Assembly: GCA_032161105.1 (NCBI GenBank)
Contig: JAVHTD010000007.1
From: Candidatus Thermosaccharophagus tengchongensis
GTDB lineage: Bacteria; Armatimonadota; Fervidibacteria; Fervidibacterales; Thermosaccharophagaceae
DNA: 64,000 nucleotides
Strand: one strand, 5' to 3'
Of this stretch, positions 10,217-21,248 are shown one piece after another; positions within the stretch are counted from its first letter, which is position 1; each line of letters starts with the position of its first letter. The notes under the pieces are model-generated. The model saw only the letters and a list, made by a program, of their open reading frames with translations. It had not been told where the DNA came from and did not search any database. Made by a program: the position numbers and the translations under genes.

Positions 10217-11467
10217 GTGAGTGGAGGAGCGAGAGAGGTTGTAAGGCTATATGAGGAACACATCAACCGCGGCTTGGTGAAGCTCCTTAGGTTTGGCGGG
10301 ATTGAGGCGACGGAATATAGGGCATCTGGGATGTATGTTGAGGATGAGGAGGGCAATCGCTATCTTGATTGTCTGGGTGGCTTTGGTGCGCTCAACTTTG
10401 GGCATCGCCACCCCAAGATTGTTGAGGCAGTTATAAAGCAGCTCAATTTGATGCCGCTTTCATCCCGTGTGCTATTCAACGGGGTGCAGGCAAGGCTCGC
10501 AAAGATGCTCTCTGACTTGCTCCCCGGTGACTTACGATACTGCTTCTTCTGCCACAGCGGTGCCGAGGCAGTTGAAGCGTGCATAAAGCTCGCTCGCCTC
10601 TCAACTCGCAAGAGGAAGGTCGTAGCAACGCAAAACGCATATCACGGGAAGACACTCGGAGCTTTAAGCGCTTCTGGGAGGGAAGTTTACCGCTCACCGT
10701 TTGAGCCATTACTTCAGTGGTTTGTGCATGTGCCATTCGGCGATGTGAATGCGCTTGATAGAGAAGTTGATGAAGATACTGCTGCCGTCATCCTTGAACC
10801 GATACAAGGTGAGGGCGGGGTCATCATCCCGCCGGACGATTATCTCCTGGCAGCGCGTGAGATATGCAGTGAGCGTGGCGCTCTGTTGATACTTGATGAG
10901 GTGCAAACCGGCTTTGGGCGCACTGGCGCTAATTTTGCAATGGAGCACTATGGCGTAGTGCCGGATTTGGTTGCGCTCGCCAAATCGCTCGGCGGCGGAG
11001 TTGTGCCAATAGGGGCAGCAGTCGGAAATGAGAAGTCCTTCAAGGGCTTGTTTGAGAGCCCATTAATTCACTCGTCAACGCTTGGCGGCAATCCGCTTGC
11101 ATGTGCTGCTGCATGCGCTGCAATTGAGGTTTTGCAGGAGGAGAGGTTAGCTGAGCGGGCGAGGGAAAGCGGCGATTACTTCCTCTCCTCATTGCGGCGG
11201 GTCGCGGAGATGCACGGCGACCTGATCAAGTGTGTGCGTGGGAAGGGATTGCTCATCGGCGTTGAATTTTGTGACCCCGATATTGCAACCATTGTTGTTG
11301 CCGGCATGTTTCAAAGGCGCGTCCTTGTAGCATATACGCTTAACAACCCGTTGGTTGTAAGGTTTGAACCGCCACTCATAATTGAGCGCGAGCAAATTGA
11401 TGAGGCGGTGAATGCATTTTCCGAGGCGATAGCGGACGCAGAGGAGTTGGTATCCCAAATTGCGTGA
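10217..11467 (+). CDS. Class III PLP aminotransferase, PatA/YgjG (putrescine aminotransferase)-like
   Basis: YLDCLGGFG..GHRHP, SGAEAVE, YHGKTLGALS, EPIQGEGG, DEVQTGFGRTG, AKSLGGG, STLGGNP. Confidence 0.9.
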   Translation: MSGGAREVVRLYEEHINRGLVKLLRFGGIEATEYRASGMYVEDEEGNRYLDCLGGFGALNFGHRHPKIVEAVIKQLNLMPLSSRVLFNGVQARLAKMLSDLLPGDLRYCFFCHSGAEAVEACIKLARLSTRKRKVVATQNAYHGKTLGALSASGREVYRSPFEPLLQWFVHVPFGDVNALDREVDEDTAAVILEPIQGEGGVIIPPDDYLLAAREICSERGALLILDEVQTGFGRTGANFAMEHYGVVPDLVALAKSLGGGVVPIGAAVGNEKSFKGLFESPLIHSSTLGGNPLACAAACAAIEVLQEERLAERARESGDYFLSSLRRVAEMHGDLIKCVRGKGLLIGVEFCDPDIATIVVAGMFQRRVLVAYTLNNPLVVRFEPPLIIEREQIDEAVNAFSEAIADAEELVSQIA

Positions 11468-11488
11468 GCGGTGCTTGGAGGATGCGCT

Positions 11489-11950
11489 ATGCCAACGATC
11501 GTTTGTGAGAGGTTAGTGAAGGCACCACCGATCGTGACCTTCAACAGTGCAAGAAATGTGGAGCGCTACATAGCTTGTTCTGGAAATGTTGAAAGCGTGA
11601 GAGTTTTGAGTGACGATGGGATGACACGCATAACCGAGTGGGTCGCAAATGTGCCCGTGCTCGGAAGGAAGTTGCGATGGGTTGAGAAAGATGTCTGGGA
11701 TAGCTCATCGCTCTCATGCAGCTTTGAGATGATAGAAGGCGACATGGACAGCTATAGCGGTGAGTGGCGTTTTGAAAGCCATGAAGAAGGCACGCTCATG
11801 AGACTCATCATCTCTTACGAATATGAGGTGCCACTCATTGGGCAGCTTCTTCACAAGGTGATTGAGAGGTTGGTTGAGGCAAACGCAAATTCCGTCCTTG
11901 ATGCTGTAAAGGCGGCTTCCGAAGGCATTCGGGATGGCGCTGATTGGTGA
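11489..11950 (+). CDS. SRPBCC/START (polyketide cyclase/Coq10-like) ligand-binding protein
   Basis: VESVRVL..TEW..WVEKDVW..FEMIEGD..YSGEWRFE pattern; SD GGAGGA before ATG 11489. Confidence 0.8.
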   Translation: MPTIVCERLVKAPPIVTFNSARNVERYIACSGNVESVRVLSDDGMTRITEWVANVPVLGRKLRWVEKDVWDSSSLSCSFEMIEGDMDSYSGEWRFESHEEGTLMRLIISYEYEVPLIGQLLHKVIERLVEANANSVLDAVKAASEGIRDGADW

Positions 11951-12012
11951 TAGCCTTTCAAGGTGCCAAGTGGGTGATGGGCGCTGCGATGTGCCCGCAG
12001 AGGTGATGGATC

Positions 12013-14139
12013 ATGCGCCATAGCGCGATTCTCACGGCAGCGTGTGTTTGTCTGGTTATGTTGCAATGCTTTGCTGTCCATCTGCGTGCCGAGAGCAGCC
12101 AAAGAAGGTATCACATCGTGAAGAAGGGTGATACCCTTTTCTCAATCGCAAGGCGGTATGGTGTGCCGTTGCAAAGGCTTCGCGAGGCGAACAATAGGCT
12201 TGATACCGACATAATCCGTGTGGGCGAGAAACTGCTGATACCTTCACCCAGTGCTGGTGATCGGAAGCCTCAAGCTGTTAAACCCACGCCACAAAGACCT
12301 CTCACCACTGCACCACGAACGCCTTCAAAGCCAAAAGCGGAACAGCGTGATACAGCAGTTGCGCAACCCAAGCGAATTGAAGTGGCTGTAGGGAAGTCCG
12401 CGATCGTTCGTGCGCGGCGTCTGCTCAGCATTCACATTAGCAATCCACAGGTTGCCGATGTCGTCGTGATGGGCAAAGACCTGCTTGCAGTCGTTGGCAA
12501 ATCCGCAGGTAGCACTACGCTCGTGATACTTGATGAGCGTGGTATTTCCACTTACGATGTGGTTGTGAAGGAGGCACTGGGTCTCTCCGCCGAGCGAATT
12601 GCTTCAGCCATTGGCATACCGGGTGTATTCGTTCAAGTCATTGACAGCACGATTGTTTTGACCGGCAAGGTTGCCACGCAGGAACACAAGCAGCTTGCCC
12701 TAACAGTAGCGCGCCTATTCTCACCGAATGTGATTGACCTTCTTCGGGTTGAGGAAGTTGAACTGAAACCCGAGGGGGTTAAAAAGCCCGAGAAGCCATC
12801 AATGCGTCCAGAGGAACTTGAGCAGATCATTGGTCTGGAGGGCGTGAGTGTTCGTCAAGTTGGCGATGTGCTCATCATTGAGGGGGAAGTTGAATCCCAA
12901 CACGACCTTGAAAGAATACAACATGCAGCGCAGCTTGCCGGGGTAACGGTGTTGAACCTAACTCGCTTGCGAGTGCCGTCCCCAAAGGAAGTCAAAGAGT
13001 TGCTTGGGCTACCAAATGTGGAGGTGAAGTTCACCCGTGATTGCTTCGTTGTCACCGGTGAGGTGGACAGCGAGGAGCAGAGACAAGCCATTAACCAGAT
13101 TGAGCAGTTGCTTGGGAAGAAGGTGATCAACCTCGTCCGTGTTGTTCAACCAAAGCTACCCGAGTTAAAGCCGGAAGTCAAGCCGGAGATCAAGCCCGAG
13201 GTTAAGCCCGAAGTTAAGCCGGAGGTGCAAACGCTCCCGCAGAGGTTGAAGGAGCTCATCGGAATAGACGCGATTGAGGTCATTGAACTCGGCAGCCAGA
13301 AGGTGATGCTCCGCGGCGTGGTTGAGACGAGCGTTGAGCGTGACCGTGCCATCAAAATAGCACAGGCTGTTGTTGGCGAGGGAAATGTGCTTGACATGCT
13401 ACAGGTTTTGCAGCCACAGCAGTTGCGAGTTGAGGCGTGGGTGCTGGAGATAAATCGTGAAGCGCTCCGTCAACTCGGCGTGCAACATCCGGAGTCAATA
13501 ACCTTTGGCGAAGTGGGTGATGCGGTAGTTGGCAGAGTGTTCACGCGCATAAGCAACATCCAAAGCATGCTCCAAATGCTCATCAGCAAGAATGTGGCAA
13601 GGGTGCTTTCAGCGCCGAGCGCGGTCGCAGCAAGCGGCAAGCAGGCTAAATTCACGGTCGGTGGTGAGATACCAATACCAGTGACAATGCTTGGCGGTCC
13701 GGCAGCAGGAGTTCAAACGCCCCTTGGCGCCGGTGTGCTTGCACAAGGTGTTGAATTCCGTCAGTATGGCATCATACTTGCAGTCACTGGGATTGTGGAT
13801 CATAGCGGCGTGATAAAACTCAAGTTGCAAACCGAAGTGAGCGCCCCAGCTCCGGGGATAACGGTCAATGTTTGGGGGGCAGTTATACCTGGCTTCAGGA
13901 CGAGGAGCTATGAAACGGAGCTTGAGTTAAAGCCCGGAGAGGGGGTTGTCCTTGCGGGATTGATCAGCTCTGAAGATGTGCAATACTGGAGGCGCGTCCC
14001 AATATTGGGCTCAATACCCGTATTGGGTGAGCTGTTCAAAAGCCGTCGGTTTGAGAGGCGAGAGACGGAGCTTGCCATCTTTGTCACTCCGACGATCATC
14101 TTCGGAGAGGCATCACAAAGCCCTTCGGCTGAAGGATGA
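12013..14139 (+). CDS. LysM-fused RcpA/CpaC-type (Tad) secretin with four BON-like repeats
   Basis: Signal peptide; LysM HIVKKGDTLFSIARRYGV; pilus-formation N domain SNPQVADV..GKSAGSTTL; 4 LxG.V repeats; secretin core SGKQAKFTVGGEIPIP, VPILGSIPVLGELFKS..ETELAIFVTP. Confidence 0.88.
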   Translation: MRHSAILTAACVCLVMLQCFAVHLRAESSQRRYHIVKKGDTLFSIARRYGVPLQRLREANNRLDTDIIRVGEKLLIPSPSAGDRKPQAVKPTPQRPLTTAPRTPSKPKAEQRDTAVAQPKRIEVAVGKSAIVRARRLLSIHISNPQVADVVVMGKDLLAVVGKSAGSTTLVILDERGISTYDVVVKEALGLSAERIASAIGIPGVFVQVIDSTIVLTGKVATQEHKQLALTVARLFSPNVIDLLRVEEVELKPEGVKKPEKPSMRPEELEQIIGLEGVSVRQVGDVLIIEGEVESQHDLERIQHAAQLAGVTVLNLTRLRVPSPKEVKELLGLPNVEVKFTRDCFVVTGEVDSEEQRQAINQIEQLLGKKVINLVRVVQPKLPELKPEVKPEIKPEVKPEVKPEVQTLPQRLKELIGIDAIEVIELGSQKVMLRGVVETSVERDRAIKIAQAVVGEGNVLDMLQVLQPQQLRVEAWVLEINREALRQLGVQHPESITFGEVGDAVVGRVFTRISNIQSMLQMLISKNVARVLSAPSAVAASGKQAKFTVGGEIPIPVTMLGGPAAGVQTPLGAGVLAQGVEFRQYGIILAVTGIVDHSGVIKLKLQTEVSAPAPGITVNVWGAVIPGFRTRSYETELELKPGEGVVLAGLISSEDVQYWRRVPILGSIPVLGELFKSRRFERRETELAIFVTPTIIFGEASQSPSAEG
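13168..13227 (+). repeat. Five tandem 12-bp repeats encoding KPE(V/I)
   Basis: AAGCCGGAAGTC AAGCCGGAGATC AAGCCCGAGGTT AAGCCCGAAGTT AAGCCGGAGGTG. Confidence 0.9.
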
Positions 14140-14242
14140 GTTGGTATTTTGGCATTTGCCCTCTGGCGATCGGAGCTATAAATTGAAACTGCTGCATGCA
14201 CCGATTGCGAGTATATGCCGAGCGCAATTGGTGGCGAGTGCG

Positions 14243-15283
14243 ATGGTTTGGGAAGCGCGATGGCACCCGCTATATCGTGAATGGATCATCGTCGCAGCTC
14301 ATAGGCAAGCTCGCCCATGGGTTGGTGAAGTCATGCCAGCTTCGGAAGGTGAGCTCCCAGAGTATGATCCGCAATGCTATTTGTGTCCGGGGAATTTAAG
14401 GGCAAGCGGTGAGCGCAACCCGGAGTATGAAAGCACATTTGCCTTCAACAATGACTTCCCATGCGTCTCGCTTAACCCGCCGATGGAGCTGGAACAACCG
14501 ATCGGAATTTATCGCAACCAACCAGCGCTCGGAATCGCGAGGGTTTTGTGCTATCATCCAAAGCACAACATGTCGCTGTCGCTGATGGATGTTGAAGGTG
14601 TGAGGCGCGTCGTGGAGGCGTGGCGAGAGGAGTTCATTATGCTCTCAGCGCATCCCGAAGTTGCATATGTGTTCATCTTTGAGAACAGGGGTGAGGTTGT
14701 GGGTGTGAGCAATCCGCATCCGCATTGCCAAATTTACGCCCTCGGATTTGTCTGCAAGCTCATTGAGCGGGAACTTGAAGCATGTCAAGCACACTTTGAG
14801 AGCACGGGAAGGAGATTGATTGAGGACATAGTTTCGTCCGAGATCGCCGATGGTAGAAGGATTATCGTTGAGGGCGATGTCGCAGTTGCCTTTGTCCCAT
14901 ACTTTGCAAGGTATGCATATGAGGTGATGATTGCCCTCAAAGTTCACAGGCGCGACATAGCCGAGCTGAGCGACGATGAGATTGCCGACCTGGCGAGGGT
15001 GTTGCACTGCGTCCTCGTCAAATATGACAACTTGTGGAGGATGCCATTCCCGTATGTGCTTGTGTTGCATAACAGACCGAGTGATGGTGGAAGCTACGAT
15101 GCTTACGATTTTCACATTGAGATTTATCCGCCGCTGCGTGCGCCCAACTTGAGGAAGTATCTTGCCGGTCCCGAAATCGGTGCCGGTGTATTCCTGAGCG
15201 ACACCTCACCCGAGGAGAAGGCAGCTGAGCTGCGCTCCCAACCGGATGTGCATTACAAGCATGCAAAGCACCACAGCAGCTGA
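14243..15283 (+). CDS. galT: Galactose-1-phosphate uridylyltransferase (class I)
   Basis: RWHPLYREW..HRQARPW, CYLCPGN, FENRGEVVGVSNPHPHCQ; start moved to ATG 14243. Confidence 0.9.
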   Translation: MVWEARWHPLYREWIIVAAHRQARPWVGEVMPASEGELPEYDPQCYLCPGNLRASGERNPEYESTFAFNNDFPCVSLNPPMELEQPIGIYRNQPALGIARVLCYHPKHNMSLSLMDVEGVRRVVEAWREEFIMLSAHPEVAYVFIFENRGEVVGVSNPHPHCQIYALGFVCKLIERELEACQAHFESTGRRLIEDIVSSEIADGRRIIVEGDVAVAFVPYFARYAYEVMIALKVHRRDIAELSDDEIADLARVLHCVLVKYDNLWRMPFPYVLVLHNRPSDGGSYDAYDFHIEIYPPLRAPNLRKYLAGPEIGAGVFLSDTSPEEKAAELRSQPDVHYKHAKHHSS

Positions 15284-15418
15284 AGCGGTTCGAGGACTAA
15301 AGCGATGGTGATGGGATTTCAAGTGGCTGCCGACGGCAATGTGGAGTGAGCTTGCGGCTGTAGAAGTTGAACTTCATATTGTTCCGAATTGCGAGCTTGG
15401 CGAGCGAGGTGACCCGAG

Positions 15419-17098
15419 ATGCAGCGATTGCGTTCGGAAGAGGTGAAGGTAGGTGTTGATAGAGCGCCGCATCGCGGTTTGTTGCGCGCTTGTGGTCTTA
15501 AGGATGAGGACTTTAATAAGCCGTTTGTGGGTGTGGCCAACTCATACACCGATATTGTTCCCGGGCATGTCCATCTGCGTGAGATTGCTGAGGCTGTTAA
15601 AGAGGGCATACGAGAAGCCGGTGGTGTGCCATTTGAGTTTAACACGATCGCCGTTGACGACGGTATAGCGATGGGGCACATAGGGATGCATTATTCGTTG
15701 CCCTCGCGTGAACTCATCGCCGACTCAGTTGAGACTATGGTTGAGGCGCACAGGTTTGATGCGCTTGTATGCATAGCCAGCTGTGACAAGATAGTGCCCG
15801 GAATGCTCATGGCTGCTGTGCGCTTGAACATACCGACGATATTCGTGAGTGGTGGTCCAATGTTGGCTGGCAGATCAAGCACCGGTGAGCCGCTTGACCT
15901 CATTTCAATCTTTGAAAGCGTCGGGGCATATCACTCCGGACTGATCACTGAGGATGAATTGCGAGAGGTTGAGGTGAGGGCATGTCCAACATGCGGTTCT
16001 TGTGCCGGGCTGTTCACCGCCAATTCAATGTGCTGTATTGCTGAGGCGCTCGGCTTGGCATTGCCGGGCAATGGGACAATCCCGGCGACCGATGAGAGGC
16101 GAAAGGAATTGGCGAGGATGGCTGGCAGGCAAGTGATGAAGCTGCTTGAGCTCAACCTTCGCCCAAGGGATATCGTGACCATTGAGGCAATTGACAATGC
16201 GTTTGCGCTTGACTTGGCTATGGGTGGCTCAACGAATACGGTGTTGCACCTGCTCGCAATAGCTCACGAGGCTGGCATAAGCTACCCGCTTGGGCGGATC
16301 AATGAGATAGCCGATCGCACCCCATACATCTGCAGTTTGTCTCCGGCATCAAAATTTCACATGGAAGACCTTGACCGTGCCGGTGGAGTGAGCGCCATCT
16401 TGAAGGAGTTGAGCAGGATAGATGGCTTGCTGCACCTTGACTCAATGACCGTCACCGGAAGGACGCTCATGGAAAACATAAAGGACGCCTCCGTTCTTGA
16501 TCGGTCAGTGATACGCCCAATTGAAGAGCCATATCTGCCATCTGGCGGGCTGTGCATACTCTATGGGAGCTTGGCTCCAGATGGCGCAGTCATTAAGACA
16601 GGTGCTGTGGATCCATCCATTAGGCGATTTGAGGGGCAGGCTGTCATCTTTGAATCGCAGGAGGAAGCCGTTGAGGGTATCAAATCCGGCAAAGTCAAGC
16701 GCGGCGATGTCGTAGTGATTCGCTACGAAGGACCAAAGGGCGGACCGGGCATGGTTGAGATGCTTGCACCAACTTCAGCCATCGTCGGGATGGGCTTGGG
16801 TAAGGATGTGGCGTTAATTACTGATGGTCGTTTTTCAGGCGGCACAAGGGGCATTTGCGTCGGGCACATCTCTCCAGAGGCAGCTGCTGGTGGTCCGATT
16901 GCGCTTTTGCGCGACGGTGACATTTTGCGAATTGACCTTGACGAGCGCCGAATTGATGTGCTTATACCGCAGGAGGAGCTTGAGAGAAGGCGTGCAATGT
17001 GGCAACCGCCTGAGCCCAAGGTGAAGCATGGTTGGCTTGCAAGATATAGCAAGCTTGTGACAAGTGCAAATACCGGCGCCGTGCTCAGAGTTGATTAG
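15419..17098 (+). CDS. ilvD: Dihydroxy-acid dehydratase
   Basis: [61 protein letters not shown]. Confidence 0.97.
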   Translation: MQRLRSEEVKVGVDRAPHRGLLRACGLKDEDFNKPFVGVANSYTDIVPGHVHLREIAEAVKEGIREAGGVPFEFNTIAVDDGIAMGHIGMHYSLPSRELIADSVETMVEAHRFDALVCIASCDKIVPGMLMAAVRLNIPTIFVSGGPMLAGRSSTGEPLDLISIFESVGAYHSGLITEDELREVEVRACPTCGSCAGLFTANSMCCIAEALGLALPGNGTIPATDERRKELARMAGRQVMKLLELNLRPRDIVTIEAIDNAFALDLAMGGSTNTVLHLLAIAHEAGISYPLGRINEIADRTPYICSLSPASKFHMEDLDRAGGVSAILKELSRIDGLLHLDSMTVTGRTLMENIKDASVLDRSVIRPIEEPYLPSGGLCILYGSLAPDGAVIKTGAVDPSIRRFEGQAVIFESQEEAVEGIKSGKVKRGDVVVIRYEGPKGGPGMVEMLAPTSAIVGMGLGKDVALITDGRFSGGTRGICVGHISPEAAAGGPIALLRDGDILRIDLDERRIDVLIPQEELERRRAMWQPPEPKVKHGWLARYSKLVTSANTGAVLRVD

Positions 17099-17531
17099 CA
17101 TGCCGAGGGCTGTTTGATGAGGCGGTTTTGCGTTCAATATAGCCCTGCAGGATTATGGCAGCTGCGACAGCATCGCGAAGGCGCTTCCTCTTGCGGCGCG
17201 ATAAGTCGGCTTCAGTGAGCAGCCTCTCGGCAATGGAAGTTGTAAAGCGTTCATCAAACAACTCAACCGGCAACCCACTGACCTCGCTTAAAAGCGATGC
17301 GAATGAAGCCGAGCGCCTCTCAGTTACGCTCGTTCGGTTATCGGTGCGCCTCGGGATTCCGACAACGATGAGTGAAACATTGTAAGCCTTCGCTACCTCT
17401 GCAATATGCCTTGCTGCGCATTCGTCACCGTTGTTTTGGATGCTCCTCAGCGGCTGCGCGATGAGACCGCTTTCGTCCGTTACAGCCAACCCTATCCGCT
17501 TCGTTCCATAATCAACGCCAAGTATTCGCAT
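17085..17531 (-). CDS. yqgF: YqgF/RuvX pre-16S rRNA-processing nuclease
   Basis: [40 protein letters not shown]. Confidence 0.95.
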   Translation of the reverse strand: MRILGVDYGTKRIGLAVTDESGLIAQPLRSIQNNGDECAARHIAEVAKAYNVSLIVVGIPRRTDNRTSVTERRSASFASLLSEVSGLPVELFDERFTTSIAERLLTEADLSRRKRKRLRDAVAAAIILQGYIERKTASSNSPRHANQL

Positions 17532-17671
17532 GCAAGCTCACCACATTTTTATTGTGACGCCGGGACAATTTCACATTGAGCTGAAGTTTACCATTGAGGG
17601 GGAAGATTCCGCGGGCGCAGCGGGTCTTATGTGGCTTAAAAGGTGCGGCATCTTCAGAAGCGAATGTGGGG

Positions 17672-17700
17672 GCAACTTATCGGGTATCATGGGTGTCCAA
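17672..17700 (+). promoter_or_regulatory. Putative ECF sigma-type promoter
   Basis: GCAACT-N17-GTCCAA; shares GGGTGTCCAA with the site upstream of the anti-sigma gene. Confidence 0.45.
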
Positions 17701-17784
17701 TATCAAACGAAAATCGTGCAGGCGTAAGGGAGCACCTCCGAAAGGTTCAACTCATCCTGTTGTTCCGGGTAAAGGTGAGGGCGG

Positions 17785-20700
17785 ATGCTCTGGCGTTATG
17801 TCCTGAGCTATGTGAGTGCCATTGTTCTAATAGCGGCTGTAATGGCACAGCCATTTGAGGGAACACTTGAGGAGGAGTGTGAACCCGAGTTTGCCATCGC
17901 AATCAAGTATCAGCTACAGGTTGCTCCACCGGCGAGGATCAATGTTTCGTTCTGCAGGACGAAGTCGGGCGGATACGAAGTTAACCTCAGTGCTGACCCC
18001 GCCAAGTCAAAGTGCCATGTGAGCTTGGTTAAGCTCTCCAACAAGACGGCACAAGTGCTCGGGGTGGGCTATTCAAGCGTGCGTGTTGGTGGCGAGTTGC
18101 AGAACGAACTCATCATACGCTATCGCTATGGGAAGATAAAAGCCATACACAATGGCAGGCTCCTGTTTGTGTGCCACGACGACGAATTTAAATCTGGGCA
18201 GGTCGCTTACTCGGCGGTTGGCGGCGTCAAGAGCATTGAAGCGAGGTATCAGCCAACTGAAACCATACTATTTGCCGATGACTTCATGCGCGGCGCTGAG
18301 GATGTGCAGCATTGGGAGAAGATCTCGGGCACATGGATGCCAGTTGGCGCAGACAGCTCAAAGTTTGACCCGCGCTTAAGCGCAAACCCGTTTAGCCTGC
18401 AAGGGGTGTCAACCAGCATTGCCATAGCGCTGACTGGATATTGGTTCTGGGACAACTATGTGCTTAAGGCTGCGGTGCGCCCGCGCTCTGACAATGGCTC
18501 TATTGGACTCGTCGTCTACGCGAGGGATGGAACCAACTATTTGCTCTTCCGATGGACAAACGATGTAGAGGGCGGGAAACAACAGCTTATCGCTGTTGAG
18601 GATGGAAGGCAAAGGGTGCTCGCTGAGCGTGATGGCGGATTTGTGCCGATGCAATGGTATCAGGTTGAAGTGCATGCCGGTGATGATCGCATAGCAGCCT
18701 ACATTGATGGCAGGCAAGTCCTGAGCACTCGGTGCAACTCATTCAGCATGGGCAAAGTCGGGCTATACGCTGATGGCAGGATGATAGCTCAGTTTGATGA
18801 TGTGTGCGTGGAAAGCTTTGACGAGTTTGCGGATACATTTAGCGAACCGTTACTCAGCAGGTGGAAAGCAATCGCAGGTAACTGGTCTCTCGCATCGGGC
18901 ATCCTTACTGTGAGCGGCAGCAGGAACGAAATATCTCCAACCCACTGGCTTGTCACCGGTTCGGAATCATGGAAGGATTGCACAGCCAGCATCACATTTG
19001 CGACTGGTGACAGTGCTGTTGGGATTGGAGCGTGCTTCAAAGACCCAAGAAACGCTTACCTTGTGAGGATTGCACCGCCTCGTGCGAAAGTGCCATACAG
19101 GGGTATGTGCCAATTGGTGCGTATCTCAAATGGAGCCGTTACCATACTCGCTGAGGCGCCGTGCAATTTGAGTGTTGAGCAATGGCATAAGTTGAGCTTT
19201 GAGGTAAGCGAGGGAATGCTACAAGTCAGCGTTGATGGTAAGGAGCTGCTCAGGTCGTTTGACACAACATATGCATCCGGCAAGATTGCCCTCTTCCACG
19301 AGGGGATTGCGCCCGCCAAGTTCATGCATGTGGATATCCGATTTGGCAGGCGTCAACGCCTTATCACTCCGAGCGTAACGGCTCAGTTCACCCGAGAGTC
19401 AACAATGGTTGATTGGGCATCGCCGGCTGGCGTATGGCGGCAAGCTGGCGGCGCATTTTGGCATCGCGGTGAATTCTTCGGCAGCTCGTTGATTAGGCTT
19501 CACTTCCCACCGGAGGAGCGGTTCAAGGATTCTCTGGCTCTGATCCTGTGCGGTGATGGTCAGGACACAAACAGCGGTTATAAGCTTGTCATTGATGGCA
19601 GTAGTGATGAGCATGTGTCATATGAGTTGCTGCGCTCCGGGAAGAGCGTGGCAAAGGAGATTATGCGCCGTGAGCTCAATCAGCCAGCGAGCATTGAATT
19701 GCGCCGCGATGGAAAGTTTATCCTTGTCAAATGCGATGGCAAGCCGCTGTTCGCGTTCGTTGATCGGGAGCCGCTGAATGGACGCAAGATTGGAGTTGCA
19801 CCGATCAGGGGCGTTGTTAACTTCGGAGCATTGCAAGTTGCTTCAGACCATATGCTTGATTGCACTTTCTCAAGTGCACCAGTGGATTGGTGGGTTGCAA
19901 AGGGCTCTTGGGAGGTCACAGAGCGGTGGACATGCAGTCCTGAGTGGTCTTTCTTCGGTGGGAAGGATTCGCAATCGCCAATCCTCGTAAGTAAGCGTTC
20001 CTTTGGTGGGGACATAACCGTTGAAGCTTATGTCAGCATCAGGATGCATGAGCAAGGCTACAATTACCCCGGCGATTTGAACATGAGCCTATGCGTTGAT
20101 GGGCTTGATTTGGGCAGCGGTTACAGCTTCATCTTTGCTGGATGGAATAACTCAGCATCGCGCATCTTGAAGGGGACAAAAGTGCTTGCGGAGCGCTCGG
20201 ACGAAATCGGCAAGTTGACCAAGCCGATGCAAAATTACCATCGCTATTGGTGGTATCTGCGCGCTGAGAAGCGAGGCAACAAGCTGCGCATGTTTGTTGA
20301 TGATGTCCTCGTGCTTGAGGCTACGGATGAAAACCCAATTGATGGCGGGCGGGTGGCTATATGGACGGTCAACAAAGGCATATCGGTTGCGAGGGTGCGC
20401 ATATGGTATGAGCGTGAGATGCCAGTGAAGCCACTTGATGAGGTGGTTTGGTCAATCGCAAAGGCATTGAAGGACACCGAGAGGATTCTCTCGGAAACCA
20501 AAGATGTGAAGCAAGTGCAGGTGCCAGTCAAATTTGACTTTGATGGGAGCCTGCCGCCCATGTCTGTTGCGCAGGAGAGAGACAACAGCGTGGCAATCGT
20601 GCTTGATACCACAACATCGTTAAGCGGCAAGCGAAGCCTTAAGCTCATCAATGCCATCCCGGGCGGTAAATTTGAGGTGATGTTGCTTAATGGTGAGTTT

Positions 20701-21084
20701 GATGCCGTGAAGGCGCCGGTGATGCGATTCGCGTATAAGCTGCAGCCGAGTGTGAGAGTGGACATAGTTGTGCGTGCCCTTGGACAAACCTTTTTCATTA
20801 ACTTCTCAGGTGGTGCTATAGGGCAGGATGACCCGCGCCTGCTCGGCAGCATACCGGGGGTGGCTTCCGATGGCAAATGGCACATAGCCGAGTTTAACCT
20901 TGGGGAGGCACTCGCATCAAAGCTTGGGCGCAGGGAATCCATCACCGTTCACGGCATCGGTTTTGCCAACCTGAGCAAAGATGCGTATCTGCTTGCGGGC
21001 ATCGGCGGAAACCCGTTTGGGGCTTCCTTCAATATTGATGACTTTGCTCTCATACAGCCACAGCAGCACACCGCCGCAAGGTAA
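17785..21084 (+). CDS. Large secreted protein with multiple ConA/LamG(DUF1080)-like domains
   Basis: Signal peptide MLWRYVLSYVSAIVLIAAVMA; repeated FADDF..W..SGTW..WDNY..WYQV..GKVGL..FDDV units; C-terminal CBM-like DGKWH. Confidence 0.7.
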   Translation: MLWRYVLSYVSAIVLIAAVMAQPFEGTLEEECEPEFAIAIKYQLQVAPPARINVSFCRTKSGGYEVNLSADPAKSKCHVSLVKLSNKTAQVLGVGYSSVRVGGELQNELIIRYRYGKIKAIHNGRLLFVCHDDEFKSGQVAYSAVGGVKSIEARYQPTETILFADDFMRGAEDVQHWEKISGTWMPVGADSSKFDPRLSANPFSLQGVSTSIAIALTGYWFWDNYVLKAAVRPRSDNGSIGLVVYARDGTNYLLFRWTNDVEGGKQQLIAVEDGRQRVLAERDGGFVPMQWYQVEVHAGDDRIAAYIDGRQVLSTRCNSFSMGKVGLYADGRMIAQFDDVCVESFDEFADTFSEPLLSRWKAIAGNWSLASGILTVSGSRNEISPTHWLVTGSESWKDCTASITFATGDSAVGIGACFKDPRNAYLVRIAPPRAKVPYRGMCQLVRISNGAVTILAEAPCNLSVEQWHKLSFEVSEGMLQVSVDGKELLRSFDTTYASGKIALFHEGIAPAKFMHVDIRFGRRQRLITPSVTAQFTRESTMVDWASPAGVWRQAGGAFWHRGEFFGSSLIRLHFPPEERFKDSLALILCGDGQDTNSGYKLVIDGSSDEHVSYELLRSGKSVAKEIMRRELNQPASIELRRDGKFILVKCDGKPLFAFVDREPLNGRKIGVAPIRGVVNFGALQVASDHMLDCTFSSAPVDWWVAKGSWEVTERWTCSPEWSFFGGKDSQSPILVSKRSFGGDITVEAYVSIRMHEQGYNYPGDLNMSLCVDGLDLGSGYSFIFAGWNNSASRILKGTKVLAERSDEIGKLTKPMQNYHRYWWYLRAEKRGNKLRMFVDDVLVLEATDENPIDGGRVAIWTVNKGISVARVRIWYEREMPVKPLDEVVWSIAKALKDTERILSETKDVKQVQVPVKFDFDGSLPPMSVAQERDNSVAIVLDTTTSLSGKRSLKLINAIPGGKFEVMLLNGEFDAVKAPVMRFAYKLQPSVRVDIVVRALGQTFFINFSGGAIGQDDPRLLGSIPGVASDGKWHIAEFNLGEALASKLGRRESITVHGIGFANLSKDAYLLAGIGGNPFGASFNIDDFALIQPQQHTAAR

Positions 21085-21248
21085 GATGTAGCCCCTTAAG
21101 AGGCTGACAGCCAATCTTGGCAACCGCATTAGCTGACCCAAGTTATGCTAAGCAGCGGCTGGCAACACTGTTGCGCATGTGGCATGTGATGACGAGAGTT
21201 GATTTCTCCGCCCTTATGGCTCGCCCGTTTCTTGGTGGTGAATTAACA

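Noticed and set aside
13168..13227. 12-bp tandem repeat as a CRISPR or phase-variation tract
   Set aside because: In-frame coding repeat with synonymous variation and no spacers; it is a linker
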